Under the pieces are notes generated by a model. It was not told the DNA's origin. It ran no database searches and worked only from the letters and a program-made list of their open reading frames with translations. Below, one piece after another: positions 30,061 to 39,157 of a DNA stretch of 64,000 bases. The position numbers and the translations under genes are program-made. The DNA comes from an uncultured Bacteroidales bacterium (GTDB taxonomy: Bacteria; Bacteroidota; Bacteroidia; Bacteroidales; VadinHA17): contig CAVXUP010000002.1 in assembly GCA_963765005.1 (NCBI GenBank), positions 279,607 to 343,606 of the forward strand, read 5' to 3'. Numbering within the stretch: the stretch's first letter is position 1; every line of letters starts with the position of its first letter.

Positions 30061-31191
30061 ATGTTTACTATCACTTCCGTTAATAATAAATTCAAACAGT
30101 TCCTCACATGTTTCCTGTTCTTATTCCTTCTGGGTAATTCGCATCTGAGTGCTCAGATCCTGAAAGACAGCGTTTCCTTAAAGCATGTAAAAGAAGGTAT
30201 CGACAATATCTATAATCTTGAATTTAAAAAAGCCGGAGAAAATTTATCAAAAATACAGAAGTCATATCCCGGACATCCTGTAGCATATCTTCTCAATGGA
30301 TTGAGGACATACTGGGAGAATTATCCGCTGATAACCACATCACAGTCCCGAAGCTCCTTTGAAAATGACCTTCGAAAATGCATTGAATTAACTGAAAAAA
30401 CTGCAAAACAGGAAGATGATTATGAATCCCTGCTTGCGAATCTTGCCGCACGCGGTTTCCTCCTCTTATTCTATGCAGACAATGATCTCACAATGGATGT
30501 TATCCCCCTTGCGGCAAGTACCTACCCTTTTATAAGAAGATCTTTCGGGTATACTTCAGTGCTGAATGATTTCCTTTTCTTCACAGGGCTCTATAATTAT
30601 ACCAGGGAGGCCTATCCCGAAGCATATCCTGTTTACAAGACTGTTGCTTTCATGTTCCCCAGGGGTGACAAGGCGAAGGGATTGAAAGAACTGCAGACCG
30701 CTGCAAAAAGCTCCATATTTTTGAAGGCTGAATCCTCCTTATTTTTGTCAGGGATCAGCATAAGTATAGAGAATAATTATTATCAGGCCTATGCCTACAG
30801 CAAAACTCTACATGAGCAGTATCCGGCAAACCCCGGATTCCTCTCGCTGTATCTCCGTAATCTGTTTTTGATTAAAAAGTATGATGAAGCGGAATTGGTG
30901 ATGAAATCAACTGATGCAATCAATAAAAATGCCTTTTACAGAGCCCAGTTATCAGTCTTCAACGGGATATTGTATGAGAAGAAATATCAAGATGATAAGC
31001 TTGCAAGACAGCATTATACTGAAGCAGTGAAAGCACTGTCGGTTTTCGGACATTACGGAAATGAATACTCGGCCTATGGATATTATGGACTGAGCCGGAT
31101 AAGCAGCAGAAATGGCGATGACAGTTACAGAAAAACCTACAGGAAGAAGGCTGATGAACTTGCTGATTTCAAAAAGGTGAATTTCGATTAA
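30061..31191 (+). CDS. Hypothetical secreted helical-repeat (TPR-like) protein
   Basis: Long uninterrupted ORF with a signal-like N-terminus and helical repeat character. No catalytic motif. Confidence 0.5.
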   Translation: MFTITSVNNKFKQFLTCFLFLFLLGNSHLSAQILKDSVSLKHVKEGIDNIYNLEFKKAGENLSKIQKSYPGHPVAYLLNGLRTYWENYPLITTSQSRSSFENDLRKCIELTEKTAKQEDDYESLLANLAARGFLLLFYADNDLTMDVIPLAASTYPFIRRSFGYTSVLNDFLFFTGLYNYTREAYPEAYPVYKTVAFMFPRGDKAKGLKELQTAAKSSIFLKAESSLFLSGISISIENNYYQAYAYSKTLHEQYPANPGFLSLYLRNLFLIKKYDEAELVMKSTDAINKNAFYRAQLSVFNGILYEKKYQDDKLARQHYTEAVKALSVFGHYGNEYSAYGYYGLSRISSRNGDDSYRKTYRKKADELADFKKVNFD

Positions 31192-31709
31192 TGCAACAGC
31201 AAATCTTCAATCTCATCCCATGAAGTAACGGTTTTGTGCTTGTGGTTGGTGCTGTTAATGTTATGCGGCTGGATGAACATTATAGTTTCACCATCAAAAT
31301 TATCGAGGTTCTTGAAATGATCGTCTATCATAATATCTGCCTTGATAAGGCTCTTGTTGCCACAGAAAACAGACTGTCTCCAGCTGATGAACGGGAAATT
31401 GTCGTGAAGCCATAACTGTTTATCTGTCAGGCTTTCAGGGAATTCAGTAGCCATCGAAACAACAGCAACATCATACTTTTCATTGAGCAGTTTCATTACC
31501 CTTTGACTCCCGGGCATTACAGGTATTGTTCTGAAAAAGCCGGGAATCGTCACCCATTTGTGAAGTAAGGGGAATGCCTCTCCCTCTTTAAGGCCGATTA
31601 TCTCATCCATACTCTTCCTGACTCCTGTTTCTTCCTCATGACGGTCGAAGAAGCGATGGTATACATCGGCCAGAACACCGTCCATGTCAACAAGGATTCT
31701 TTTATTCAT
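31188..31709 (-). CDS. 5-prime(3-prime)-deoxyribonucleotidase (HAD superfamily)
   Basis: HAD motif I VDMDGVLAD; 173-aa size; DDH late motif. Confidence 0.65.
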   Translation of the reverse strand: MNKRILVDMDGVLADVYHRFFDRHEEETGVRKSMDEIIGLKEGEAFPLLHKWVTIPGFFRTIPVMPGSQRVMKLLNEKYDVAVVSMATEFPESLTDKQLWLHDNFPFISWRQSVFCGNKSLIKADIMIDDHFKNLDNFDGETIMFIQPHNINSTNHKHKTVTSWDEIEDLLLH

Positions 31710-31795
31710 ATTAAGATAAGTTGAATATAAAAATAGTTTATTTATGTTGTTTTCATAATTTAGTATCAGAAATGAATTTGAAATGATAACAGATC

Positions 31796-32054
31796 GCTCC
31801 TACGGAGCTACAAACAGAACGAGCCTATGGCGCTATAATTTATTGTATGGTGTCTTTGCTACAAACAGAAAGCGCCTATGGCGCTCACTATGTAAGTAGC
31901 ATACATACATTAAGGGGTTTTAAGCTGCGTAGCAGCAACCTGTTTGTAGCAAATATGCATTAGGTTTTTTTTTTGAGCCGCGTAGCGGCGACCTGATTGT
32001 AGAAAGGATGCTATTTTGTGTTTTTGAGCTGCGTAGCAGCGACCTGTTTGCAGT
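31796..32054. repeat. REP/BIME-like cluster: 5-6 copies in both orientations of a ~30-nt unit (gctacaaacag + 2-3 nt + 13-15-nt mini-hairpin)
   Basis: Mini-hairpins gctcc-tac-ggagc, agcgcc-tat-ggcgct (x2, one degenerate), and in reverse orientation gctgc-gta-gcagc (x2) and gccgc-gta-gcggc. Each is next to tacaaacag or its complement ctgtttgta. Confidence 0.8.
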
Positions 32055-32100
32055 CAGCCTGTTTGCTAAATCTCATTTGGTTTACATAAAATATTATTCT

Positions 32101-33117
32101 ATGCGACTTTTTAAGACTTTCCTGATCGCTTCTGTATTATTCCTGACATCCAGTTGCTATACAAAGCAGACGGAGACCGAAATTATAATGACAGTCAACG
32201 GGCCCATATCCTTAGTTGAAATGGGAGTTACACTTACCCATGAGCATATTCTGGTTGATTTCATTGGCGCTGATTCAATAAATGAGAGCCGGTGGGATAA
32301 GGCTATCGTCGGAGAAAAAGTGGCTCCATATCTCAAGCAGATTAAAGATCTGGGTTGCAAAACATTTATCGACGCCACACCGGAATACATTGGAAGGGAT
32401 CCTTTGCTGCTTCAGTCAATTTCAAAATCTGCAGGGATTAACATTATTACTAATACCGGATATTACGGAGCTGGCACCAACAATAAGTTCATTCCGAAGC
32501 ATGCATTCACCGAGACTGCTGACCAGCTTACAACACGCTGGACTAAGGAATGGACAAACGGGATAGGGGAGACAGGCATAAAACCGGGATTCATAAAAAT
32601 CGGAGTTACAAAAGACTCTCTTTCTGAGCTGCACAGGAAACTGGCTCTTGCAGCGGCGCGTACTCATCTTAAAACAGGATTGGTTATTGCATCTCATACA
32701 GGCCCGGCACTGCCGGCTTTCCAGCAGATTGAGATCCTGAAGGAAGAGGGGGTGCATCCTTCTGCATTCATATGGGTACATGCGCAGGGTGAGAAGGACC
32801 GGATTAAGCATCTGAGCGCTGCAAAAGCAGGAGCATGGGTAAGCCTTGATGGTCTAAATGAGAACAATATTGAGGATTATGTCTCAATGATTACAAATAT
32901 GAAAGAGAACTCCCTTCTGGGCAAAGTTCTTCTTTCGCACGATGCCGGCTGGTATGATCCTGCAAAGGAGAATGGCGGTACTTTCAGAGGATTCACAACC
33001 CTATTCGAGAAGCTTTTGCCCGCACTTAAAATGGCGGGATTCACTGATGATGAGATTAATCAGCTGCTCGTTAAGAATCCTGCTGAGGCGTTTACTGTAA
33101 GGGTCCGGAAACTATAG
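32101..33117 (+). CDS. Phosphotriesterase-related protein (amidohydrolase superfamily, PTE/Php family)
   Basis: Start moved to in-frame ATG 32101 with a lipoprotein-type signal (LTSSCY). GVTLTHEHILVDF (H-x-H), SHT, VHAQG, LSHD metal-ligand pattern. The upstream part of the track ORF is translated repeat. Confidence 0.75.
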   Translation: MRLFKTFLIASVLFLTSSCYTKQTETEIIMTVNGPISLVEMGVTLTHEHILVDFIGADSINESRWDKAIVGEKVAPYLKQIKDLGCKTFIDATPEYIGRDPLLLQSISKSAGINIITNTGYYGAGTNNKFIPKHAFTETADQLTTRWTKEWTNGIGETGIKPGFIKIGVTKDSLSELHRKLALAAARTHLKTGLVIASHTGPALPAFQQIEILKEEGVHPSAFIWVHAQGEKDRIKHLSAAKAGAWVSLDGLNENNIEDYVSMITNMKENSLLGKVLLSHDAGWYDPAKENGGTFRGFTTLFEKLLPALKMAGFTDDEINQLLVKNPAEAFTVRVRKL

Positions 33118-33120
33118 ACA

Positions 33121-33185
33121 TTCGCTAAGCGAAGTTTGCAACTTCGCTTTATGTCCGACGAAGTCACAGACTTCGCCGAGCGAAA
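33121..33185. repeat. Cluster of small hairpins from cgaagt/acttcg and ttcgc/gcgaa words
   Basis: ttcgc-taa-gcgaa, gcgaagt-ttgca-acttcgc, cgaagtc-aca-gacttcg, ttcgc-cga-gcgaa. Lies between convergent PTE and GH31 genes. Confidence 0.75.
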
Positions 33186-33197
33186 ACCACAACGTCA

Positions 33198-35348
33198 TTA
33201 CTCACTCATAAATTTCCACGTCACAACCCCGATATTATCCGGCCTTCCTTTTTCCGCTTTAGAGATAGTTCCTGAAGGTTTGCCCTTTTTATCCGGAACT
33301 ACCTTTATCTCACGCCACGAATAAAAACCATTTTCATAATCGAAGGTCTCGCCATCATCGTCATAAAGGAGGTACTTTCCGGGCATTGATCCGTAATACC
33401 TGATTTCGAGATCGAACTTTTCCCCTGCTGAAGGAGCATGCAGCAAAGGTTTCATCATTGGGATTATACCTCCGTCTTTTACAAATACAGGGATCCTCGC
33501 AATTCCGGGTGAAACTGTTATAACCTCGCCATTGCCGGCGAGTTGCCCGGTGTAGAAATCATACCATTTTCCCTGCGGCAGTACTACTTTGCGTGAGGTC
33601 TGACCTGCATACATTGGTGCCACAAGAAGGTATTCACCTGTCATATACTGGTCTCTGATCTCCTTCACAACAGCTTCAGCATATGGGTTTTCGCCCAGGT
33701 TGCTGTTTTTCAGCTCCGCACCGGCCTTTACGTTAAACCCGGGTTCCAGGTTCATCCCCCTGAAAGGAGGTGTACCTTCGAAATGATACTTCGCAAATTC
33801 AGAATAGAGATAGGGGATTAGCTGCATCCGCAGAAGAGCATACTCTTTAATCTCCTTTTCGACATCCGGAAATGACCATGGTTTCGTTCCGCTCGACCAG
33901 GCATTTATCATTGCCATCGGTGAGAAAACAACGCTCTGAAATCGTCTGAGCCACTCCTCGGCAGTCTTTGAGCTTCTCACTTCAGGTGTCCATAATACTC
34001 CGCTGAAACCGCTGTTGATCAGCGCAGTAATAAAGTCTTCGTGACTATAGTAATCATTGTAAATCACATAAGGAAAAGATGATGCACCTCCATTGGAAGC
34101 CCTTGTGAGCCCGTATGTTCTCGTATTCCTGCTGCGGAACAGGTCAGCGGTCATTTTCTGGAGCAGAAGGCCGTATGTCTGTCTCAGCTGTTCTGCACTG
34201 TTTCCCGATGGAAATAGTGCAACATCGGGCCAAAGCCACCTGTCGTATCCGTCGCTTTCATCGATCTTATAGCCGCTTACCCCGATTCTTACCTGATCAT
34301 TGTCGAGTTGCTTAACCATAATTTCCCTGGCCTTCTGCATTGTAAGGTCAGGGACTACACCTCCCCATACTGTATGAGTGCCTGTATAAGGTAATACTTC
34401 GCTGTAAAGAGGTGATTCAGGGGATACATAAGGATTTGTCCATAAATTCAACCTTATACCCATTTCCCTCATTTCGCTGACAAAGGCAGGAGGATCAGGA
34501 AAACGGCTCTTATCCCATTCAAAAGTGCAAGGATATGACTTGCTTTGCCAGCCTGGTTCCAGCCCGATGAAATCGAGGGGGAAGCCTTTTTCAGCAAACA
34601 TAGCAGCCTCTGTTTTCACCTGTTCGGAGGTGTAAAGTGTCGGTACTCTCTGTGTAAAACCAAGGCCCCACCTGGGAGGAAGGCAGCCTCCTCCGCAATA
34701 GAGGTTATAGCGGCGCACGGCATCGAGTGTTGTCGGGCCTGCAAAAATATAAATTTCCACCCCGGCAGCCGGCACCACTATTTCGACAGCATCGGAATAG
34801 GGTTGTGATGTCCACTTTCTGTCCGAGTTTCTGTCGAGGGGTTCTGGTGCTTCCGGACTGTCTTTCCTTACTGCAGTGCCTGCATATACAGTCAGGTATC
34901 TCGAGCTGTTTATAAAGACGCCATAGCCTTTGTCAGATACCCAGAATGGAACAGGAGCATGTGTCCTCCCGTTATCTGTTCCTCCATAATGGTCGACATG
35001 GAGCTGGAGTATTTTGCCTCTTTGATATACTGTCTTGAAGTTAAGGCCAAAACCAAATATCTGTTCTTCCCTTACAAGCGGAAACCTCAGATATGTTTTG
35101 CCACCTGTGATTTCGGCATTGATCTTTTCGCCAGGAATAGGGAATCCGGCATCACCCATTAGCTTAAGGGCACCTGATGATGGTTTTATCCCTGCTGTAC
35201 TAAAGAGATCCAGTTTGTCGGGATTGCCAATAACTGCTTTCCATACCCCTGGTTCCACCAGTTCCCATACTGGTGTCTGGCCTGAAGTTGTTACATAGGT
35301 TCCTGCAAGAAGTAAGATTGTGAATAAGATGTTCAGCGGTTTTTTCAT
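33198..35348 (-). CDS. Glycoside hydrolase family 31 (alpha-glucosidase/alpha-xylosidase type)
   Basis: 716 aa, signal peptide, LNLWTNPYV and GYKIDESDG (nucleophile-region-like) motifs. Subfamily not resolvable by eye. Confidence 0.65.
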   Translation of the reverse strand: MKKPLNILFTILLLAGTYVTTSGQTPVWELVEPGVWKAVIGNPDKLDLFSTAGIKPSSGALKLMGDAGFPIPGEKINAEITGGKTYLRFPLVREEQIFGFGLNFKTVYQRGKILQLHVDHYGGTDNGRTHAPVPFWVSDKGYGVFINSSRYLTVYAGTAVRKDSPEAPEPLDRNSDRKWTSQPYSDAVEIVVPAAGVEIYIFAGPTTLDAVRRYNLYCGGGCLPPRWGLGFTQRVPTLYTSEQVKTEAAMFAEKGFPLDFIGLEPGWQSKSYPCTFEWDKSRFPDPPAFVSEMREMGIRLNLWTNPYVSPESPLYSEVLPYTGTHTVWGGVVPDLTMQKAREIMVKQLDNDQVRIGVSGYKIDESDGYDRWLWPDVALFPSGNSAEQLRQTYGLLLQKMTADLFRSRNTRTYGLTRASNGGASSFPYVIYNDYYSHEDFITALINSGFSGVLWTPEVRSSKTAEEWLRRFQSVVFSPMAMINAWSSGTKPWSFPDVEKEIKEYALLRMQLIPYLYSEFAKYHFEGTPPFRGMNLEPGFNVKAGAELKNSNLGENPYAEAVVKEIRDQYMTGEYLLVAPMYAGQTSRKVVLPQGKWYDFYTGQLAGNGEVITVSPGIARIPVFVKDGGIIPMMKPLLHAPSAGEKFDLEIRYYGSMPGKYLLYDDDGETFDYENGFYSWREIKVVPDKKGKPSGTISKAEKGRPDNIGVVTWKFMSE

Positions 35349-35505
35349 GATATAAAAAATGGTTCTGGTTAAAATATGTTAAACTGTAACAAATGTTAAA
35401 AAACTGCTCATTTTGCTTGTTAACGTTAACGAAATTGGAGTAAATTTACACGAAACCTTGCAATGATAATAAGGGTTTTACAGTATTAATCAAAAAACTT
35501 GCAAT

Positions 35506-36594
35506 ATGCCAACCGGAAAAAAGTCAATTACTTATTTATGCAGGCTTTCAGCTCTTGTGCTGATGCTGGCAATTTTGAATAACCAGGGAACAATTGTATC
35601 GGCCCAGAAATCCGATAAAAAGGGTGTAAAAGTGGTAAGGGTGGACGATAAGCAAAAGGTAGATATCTTCATAGATGGCAAACTCTTTACCTCTTATCAG
35701 TACCCCTCAAATATTGAAAAGCCGTTTTTATTCCCTGTAAATGCCCCGAACGGCTCTGTAATTACAAGGGGCTTTCCAATCGAGCCACGAAAAGGTGAGC
35801 GCGTCGATCACCCTCATCACATTGGGATCTGGTTCAACCACGGCGATGTGAATGGACTTGACTTCTGGAACAACTCTTCGGCAATTGCTGCTGATAAAAA
35901 GGATAAATATGGTCATATTGTACACCAGAAGATTCTTAAAACAGAGAACGGGAAGAAGGGAATACTGGAAGTGGAAGCCAACTGGAATGATATTAAGGAA
36001 AACACGCTGCTTGTCGAAAAAACCACATTTATCTTCACAGGTGATGCCGTCTCCACTACAATGGACCGCATCACTACTCTTACAGCACTCAATGGTCCTG
36101 TAACCTTTGGAGAGAGCAAGGAAGGCATGTTTGCCATAAGGGTTGACAGAGCATTCGAAATGCCCTCAAATGAATCACTTATTTTTACTGATGACAAGGG
36201 AAATCCAACAACGGTAAAAGCAATTGACAACACTGGTGTAACCGGGATGTATGTCTCGAGCGAGGGGCTCCAGGGAGATAAGGTCTGGGGAACAAGAAAT
36301 GCATGGGTTCTCCTTACCGGGCAGAAGGATAATACAACAATCTCCTTCGGGATCTTTGACCATCCAAAAAATCCGGGTTATCCTGCCTATGCTCATGCCC
36401 GCGGGTACGGCCTCTTTTCGCTGAATAATCTTGGGCAGAATGCCTACGATCCAAAGCAGGAAAAGAAAACAACTACTCTGCAGAAAGGAGAATCTCTTAC
36501 TCTGCGTCACAGATTCTATGTTCAATCCGGTCTGACAAAGGATCGTGAATCTACTATGTATGTCTGGCAGGATTTTATAAAAACATATAAATAA
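35506..36594 (+). CDS. DUF6807 (PmoA-like) family protein
   Basis: FLFPVNAP...RVDHPHHIGIWFNHGDVNGLDFWN motif; signal peptide. Confidence 0.6.
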   Translation: MPTGKKSITYLCRLSALVLMLAILNNQGTIVSAQKSDKKGVKVVRVDDKQKVDIFIDGKLFTSYQYPSNIEKPFLFPVNAPNGSVITRGFPIEPRKGERVDHPHHIGIWFNHGDVNGLDFWNNSSAIAADKKDKYGHIVHQKILKTENGKKGILEVEANWNDIKENTLLVEKTTFIFTGDAVSTTMDRITTLTALNGPVTFGESKEGMFAIRVDRAFEMPSNESLIFTDDKGNPTTVKAIDNTGVTGMYVSSEGLQGDKVWGTRNAWVLLTGQKDNTTISFGIFDHPKNPGYPAYAHARGYGLFSLNNLGQNAYDPKQEKKTTTLQKGESLTLRHRFYVQSGLTKDRESTMYVWQDFIKTYK

Positions 36595-36595
36595 T

Positions 36596-36675
36596 ATTGT
36601 AAAAACGCCATGCATGGCGTTTCTGCAACAACACAACATCACATTGTAAAAACGCCATGCATGGCGTTTCTACAA
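36596..36675. repeat. Two tandem copies (46-nt period) of attgtaaaaacgccatgcatggcgtttct(g/a)caac, each with a 20-nt perfect palindrome
   Basis: aaacgccatgcatggcgttt at 36603-36622 and 36649-36668. Related to the 22262-22289 palindrome. Confidence 0.85.
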
Positions 36676-36712
36676 CAATAACAAATGAACCAAACCTTAA
36701 ACCAGAAAAACC

Positions 36713-37504
36713 ATGAAAAAAATCATTACCAGAATTGCACCTGTATTTCTCATACTGCTGTGTGTTGTCTCTTCATCATTTGCGCTGCCCCCTGCAAAAC
36801 AGATGTATTATGAGATGAAGATTTACAGAATAAACGGACCGGCTCAGGAAGCTTTAATGGATGCTTATCTGAAAGATGCCTTTCTACCTGCTCTTCATCG
36901 TGCCGGTATTCCAACTGTCGGAGTATTCAAACCGATTGAGAAAGATACTGCTTATGGAAAAATGGTTTACGTATTCATTCCATACAAGACTATTGATCAA
37001 TATGCCGGTTTGTCTGCCAAACTTGCTAAGGACAAAGTTTATGCCGAGGCAGGGAAGGCATTTCTCGATGCACCTTATAACAATCCTCCCTATGTAAGGT
37101 ATGAGAGTGTACTGTCGCTGGCTTTCACACATATGCCTGAATTAAAGATTCCGACATTCACTACTCCCCCGTCTGAAAGGATCTACGAATACCGCAGCTA
37201 TGAGAGTGCTACTGAAGCAAAGGCTGACAAAAAGATAGAGATGTTCAACGAGGGTGGTGAAATAGATATTTTTGTGAAGATCGATGCTAAGCCAGTTTTT
37301 TATTCGAAGGTTATACTCGGAAGTCAGATGCCAAGGCTGATCTATATGACCACATATGCAGATATGAAGTCGCATGACGAACGTTGGGCTGCATTCAGGG
37401 CTCATCCCGACTGGAAAAGAATTTCAGGTATGGAAGAGTATAAAAATACAACCTCAAAAACAAAGGCATTTCTCCTTCATCCTACATCATATTCAGATTT
37501 TTAA
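36713..37504 (+). CDS. NIPSNAP-domain secreted protein
   Basis: Signal peptide; two NIPSNAP-like halves (YEMKIYRI..., IYEYRSYE...). Confidence 0.55.
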   Translation: MKKIITRIAPVFLILLCVVSSSFALPPAKQMYYEMKIYRINGPAQEALMDAYLKDAFLPALHRAGIPTVGVFKPIEKDTAYGKMVYVFIPYKTIDQYAGLSAKLAKDKVYAEAGKAFLDAPYNNPPYVRYESVLSLAFTHMPELKIPTFTTPPSERIYEYRSYESATEAKADKKIEMFNEGGEIDIFVKIDAKPVFYSKVILGSQMPRLIYMTTYADMKSHDERWAAFRAHPDWKRISGMEEYKNTTSKTKAFLLHPTSYSDF

Positions 37505-37510
37505 TCTTAT

Positions 37511-37581
37511 AATCTGCGATAATCTGCGTTATCTGCGGGAAATATTTTCTCCCGCAGATCTCGCAGAAATTCGCAGAAATT
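37511..37581. repeat. Word-array hairpin: (atctgcg) x3 arm and (cgcaga) x3 arm
   Basis: aatctgcga taatctgcg ttatctgcggga aatatttt ctcccgcagat ctcgcagaa attcgcagaaatt. Lies between convergent NIPSNAP and trpB2 genes. Confidence 0.8.
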
Positions 37582-37597
37582 AATTTTCCTGTCCCAA

Positions 37598-38959
37598 TTA
37601 AGATGGGAAGGTAATTTTGGATATTGCATCATCTACTTCGGCTGTTGTCATCTGATGATCCGGAAGGTTATTCTCAAAGTATTTCTCATAAGCCGAGATA
37701 TCAAAATGACCATGGCCGCTGAGGTTGAAAAGTATTGTTTTTGACACTCCTTCAATATCAGCCTTTCTTGCTTCATCCATAGCACCTGCAATTGCATATG
37801 TCGATTCAGGAGCCGGAAGAATGCCTTCATTCCTGGCAAAAAGGACTCCTGCCTCAAAGCACTCTCTCTGCAGTTTTGCTTTTGCTTCAACAAGTCCGTC
37901 TTTAAGAAGCTGACTTACAATCACACCTGCACCATGGTAGCGCAAGCCTCCGGCATGTATCTTTTCCGGGATGAAATTATGCCCGAGAGTGTACATCGGA
38001 AGCAAAGGAGTCATCCCGGCCGAATCGCCAAAGTCGTACATGAATTTGCCCTTTGTTAGTTTCGGACATGAAGCAGGTTCAACAGCCACGAGCCTGATAT
38101 CCTTTTTATTAAGCAGTTTCTCGCGCAGGAACGGAAAAGCAATTCCTGAAAAGTTCGAACCTCCGCCGAAACAGCCGACAACTACATCGGGATAATCGCC
38201 AGCTTTCTCCATCTGAATCAAAGCTTCCTGTCCAATTATAGTCTGGTGAAGGCTGACATGATTCAGGACGCTTCCCAGCGAATATTTAGTGTATGGATCC
38301 TGTCCGGCCACTTCCATTGCTTCCGAAATTGCAATACCAAGACTTCCGGGGGAGTCCGGATCGAGTTCAAGAACTTTCCTGCCGTATTCTGTCATTGTGC
38401 TCGGAGAGGCCAGAACTTTGGCATTATAAGTATTCATAAGGAGTTTCCGGCCGGGTTTATTATCATAGCTTACCCTGACCATAAAGACCAGAAGCTCAAT
38501 TCCGAAATAGTTGCAGGCGAAACTCATCGCGCTGCCCCATTGTCCGGCACCTGTTTCAGTTGTGATCCTCCTTACGCCCTCCTGTTTATTGTAATAGGCC
38601 TGAGGAATTGCTGTATTTGCTTTATGTGAGCCTGAATAATTGCCTCCTTCATACTTGTAGTAAATCTTGCTCTTTGTGCCAAGTGCTCTTTCGAGATTTA
38701 AAGCTCTGAAAAGAGGAGAGGGGCGATAAGTCCTGTACAGATCAACAACTTCTTCAGGTATATCGATATATCTCTCTGTAGATACCTCCTGTTTGATGAG
38801 TTCCATCGGAAAGACAGCCGCAAGGTCCTGTGGCCCGATAGGCTGCCGTGTAACCGGGTGAAGAGGTGGCATAGGCTTGTTTGGCATATCAGCCAGGAGG
38901 TTATACCATTGCCTCGGCATTTCATTTTCGCTTAAAATAATTTTTCTGAGCTTTTCCAT
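37598..38959 (-). CDS. trpB: TrpB-like PLP enzyme (tryptophan synthase beta chain type 2, TrpB2)
   Basis: 453 aa, long TrpB2-type N-terminus (PRQWYN..ADMP..P.PP); PLP-lysine context GSHKANTA; GGGSNF loop; no trpA nearby. Confidence 0.85.
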   Translation of the reverse strand: MEKLRKIILSENEMPRQWYNLLADMPNKPMPPLHPVTRQPIGPQDLAAVFPMELIKQEVSTERYIDIPEEVVDLYRTYRPSPLFRALNLERALGTKSKIYYKYEGGNYSGSHKANTAIPQAYYNKQEGVRRITTETGAGQWGSAMSFACNYFGIELLVFMVRVSYDNKPGRKLLMNTYNAKVLASPSTMTEYGRKVLELDPDSPGSLGIAISEAMEVAGQDPYTKYSLGSVLNHVSLHQTIIGQEALIQMEKAGDYPDVVVGCFGGGSNFSGIAFPFLREKLLNKKDIRLVAVEPASCPKLTKGKFMYDFGDSAGMTPLLPMYTLGHNFIPEKIHAGGLRYHGAGVIVSQLLKDGLVEAKAKLQRECFEAGVLFARNEGILPAPESTYAIAGAMDEARKADIEGVSKTILFNLSGHGHFDISAYEKYFENNLPDHQMTTAEVDDAISKITFPS

Positions 38960-38986
38960 TGTTTTCGTATTTATTGGTTAGTAATT

Positions 38987-39025
38987 TTTTAAAATAAAAA
39001 AGGCATGCTGTGATCAGCATGCCTT
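38987..39025 (-). terminator. Intrinsic terminator (attenuator) between the Trp leader and trpB2
   Basis: Perfect 11-bp stem aaggcatgctg / cagcatgcctt (39000-39010 and 39015-39025) with a 4-nt loop. On the minus strand it is followed by UUUUUUAUUUU. It ends about 40 nt upstream of the trpB2 ATG. Confidence 0.7.
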
Positions 39026-39059
39026 CTTAAGTAAGTATTATTATAATGTTACATAATGG

Positions 39060-39122
39060 CTAAATCACAGCTTCGTTTGATGTGCTGCGCCAAGACCAGT
39101 TATGTGACATTTCTATTCTCAT
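39060..39122 (-). CDS. Candidate Trp leader peptide MRIEMSHNWSWRSTSNEAVI (or MSHNWSWRSTSNEAVI from the second ATG)
   Basis: Hand-translated minus-strand mini-ORF with two Trp codons (tgg tct tgg). It lies between a promoter-like motif and the terminator hairpin upstream of trpB2. Confidence 0.55.
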   Translation of the reverse strand: MRIEMSHNWSWRSTSNEAVI

Positions 39123-39127
39123 GAGGG

Positions 39128-39157
39128 CAAATATATGGAAAAATTTATATTGTCAAA
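39128..39157 (-). promoter_or_regulatory. Bacteroidota-type promoter candidate (TTTG-N18-TATATTTG) for the Trp leader
   Basis: The minus strand reads gTTTGacaatataaatttttccaTATATTTGccctcATG. This matches the published -33 TTTG / -7 TAnnTTTG consensus. Confidence 0.35.

Noticed and set aside
31796-32054. Possibility that the repeated units here, or the two 46-nt-period copies at 36596-36675, are a small CRISPR array.
   Set aside because: The units occur in both orientations, spacing is irregular, there are only 2-6 copies, the spacers are shorter than the repeats, and no cas genes are present. A REP-like or terminator-like interpretation fits better.
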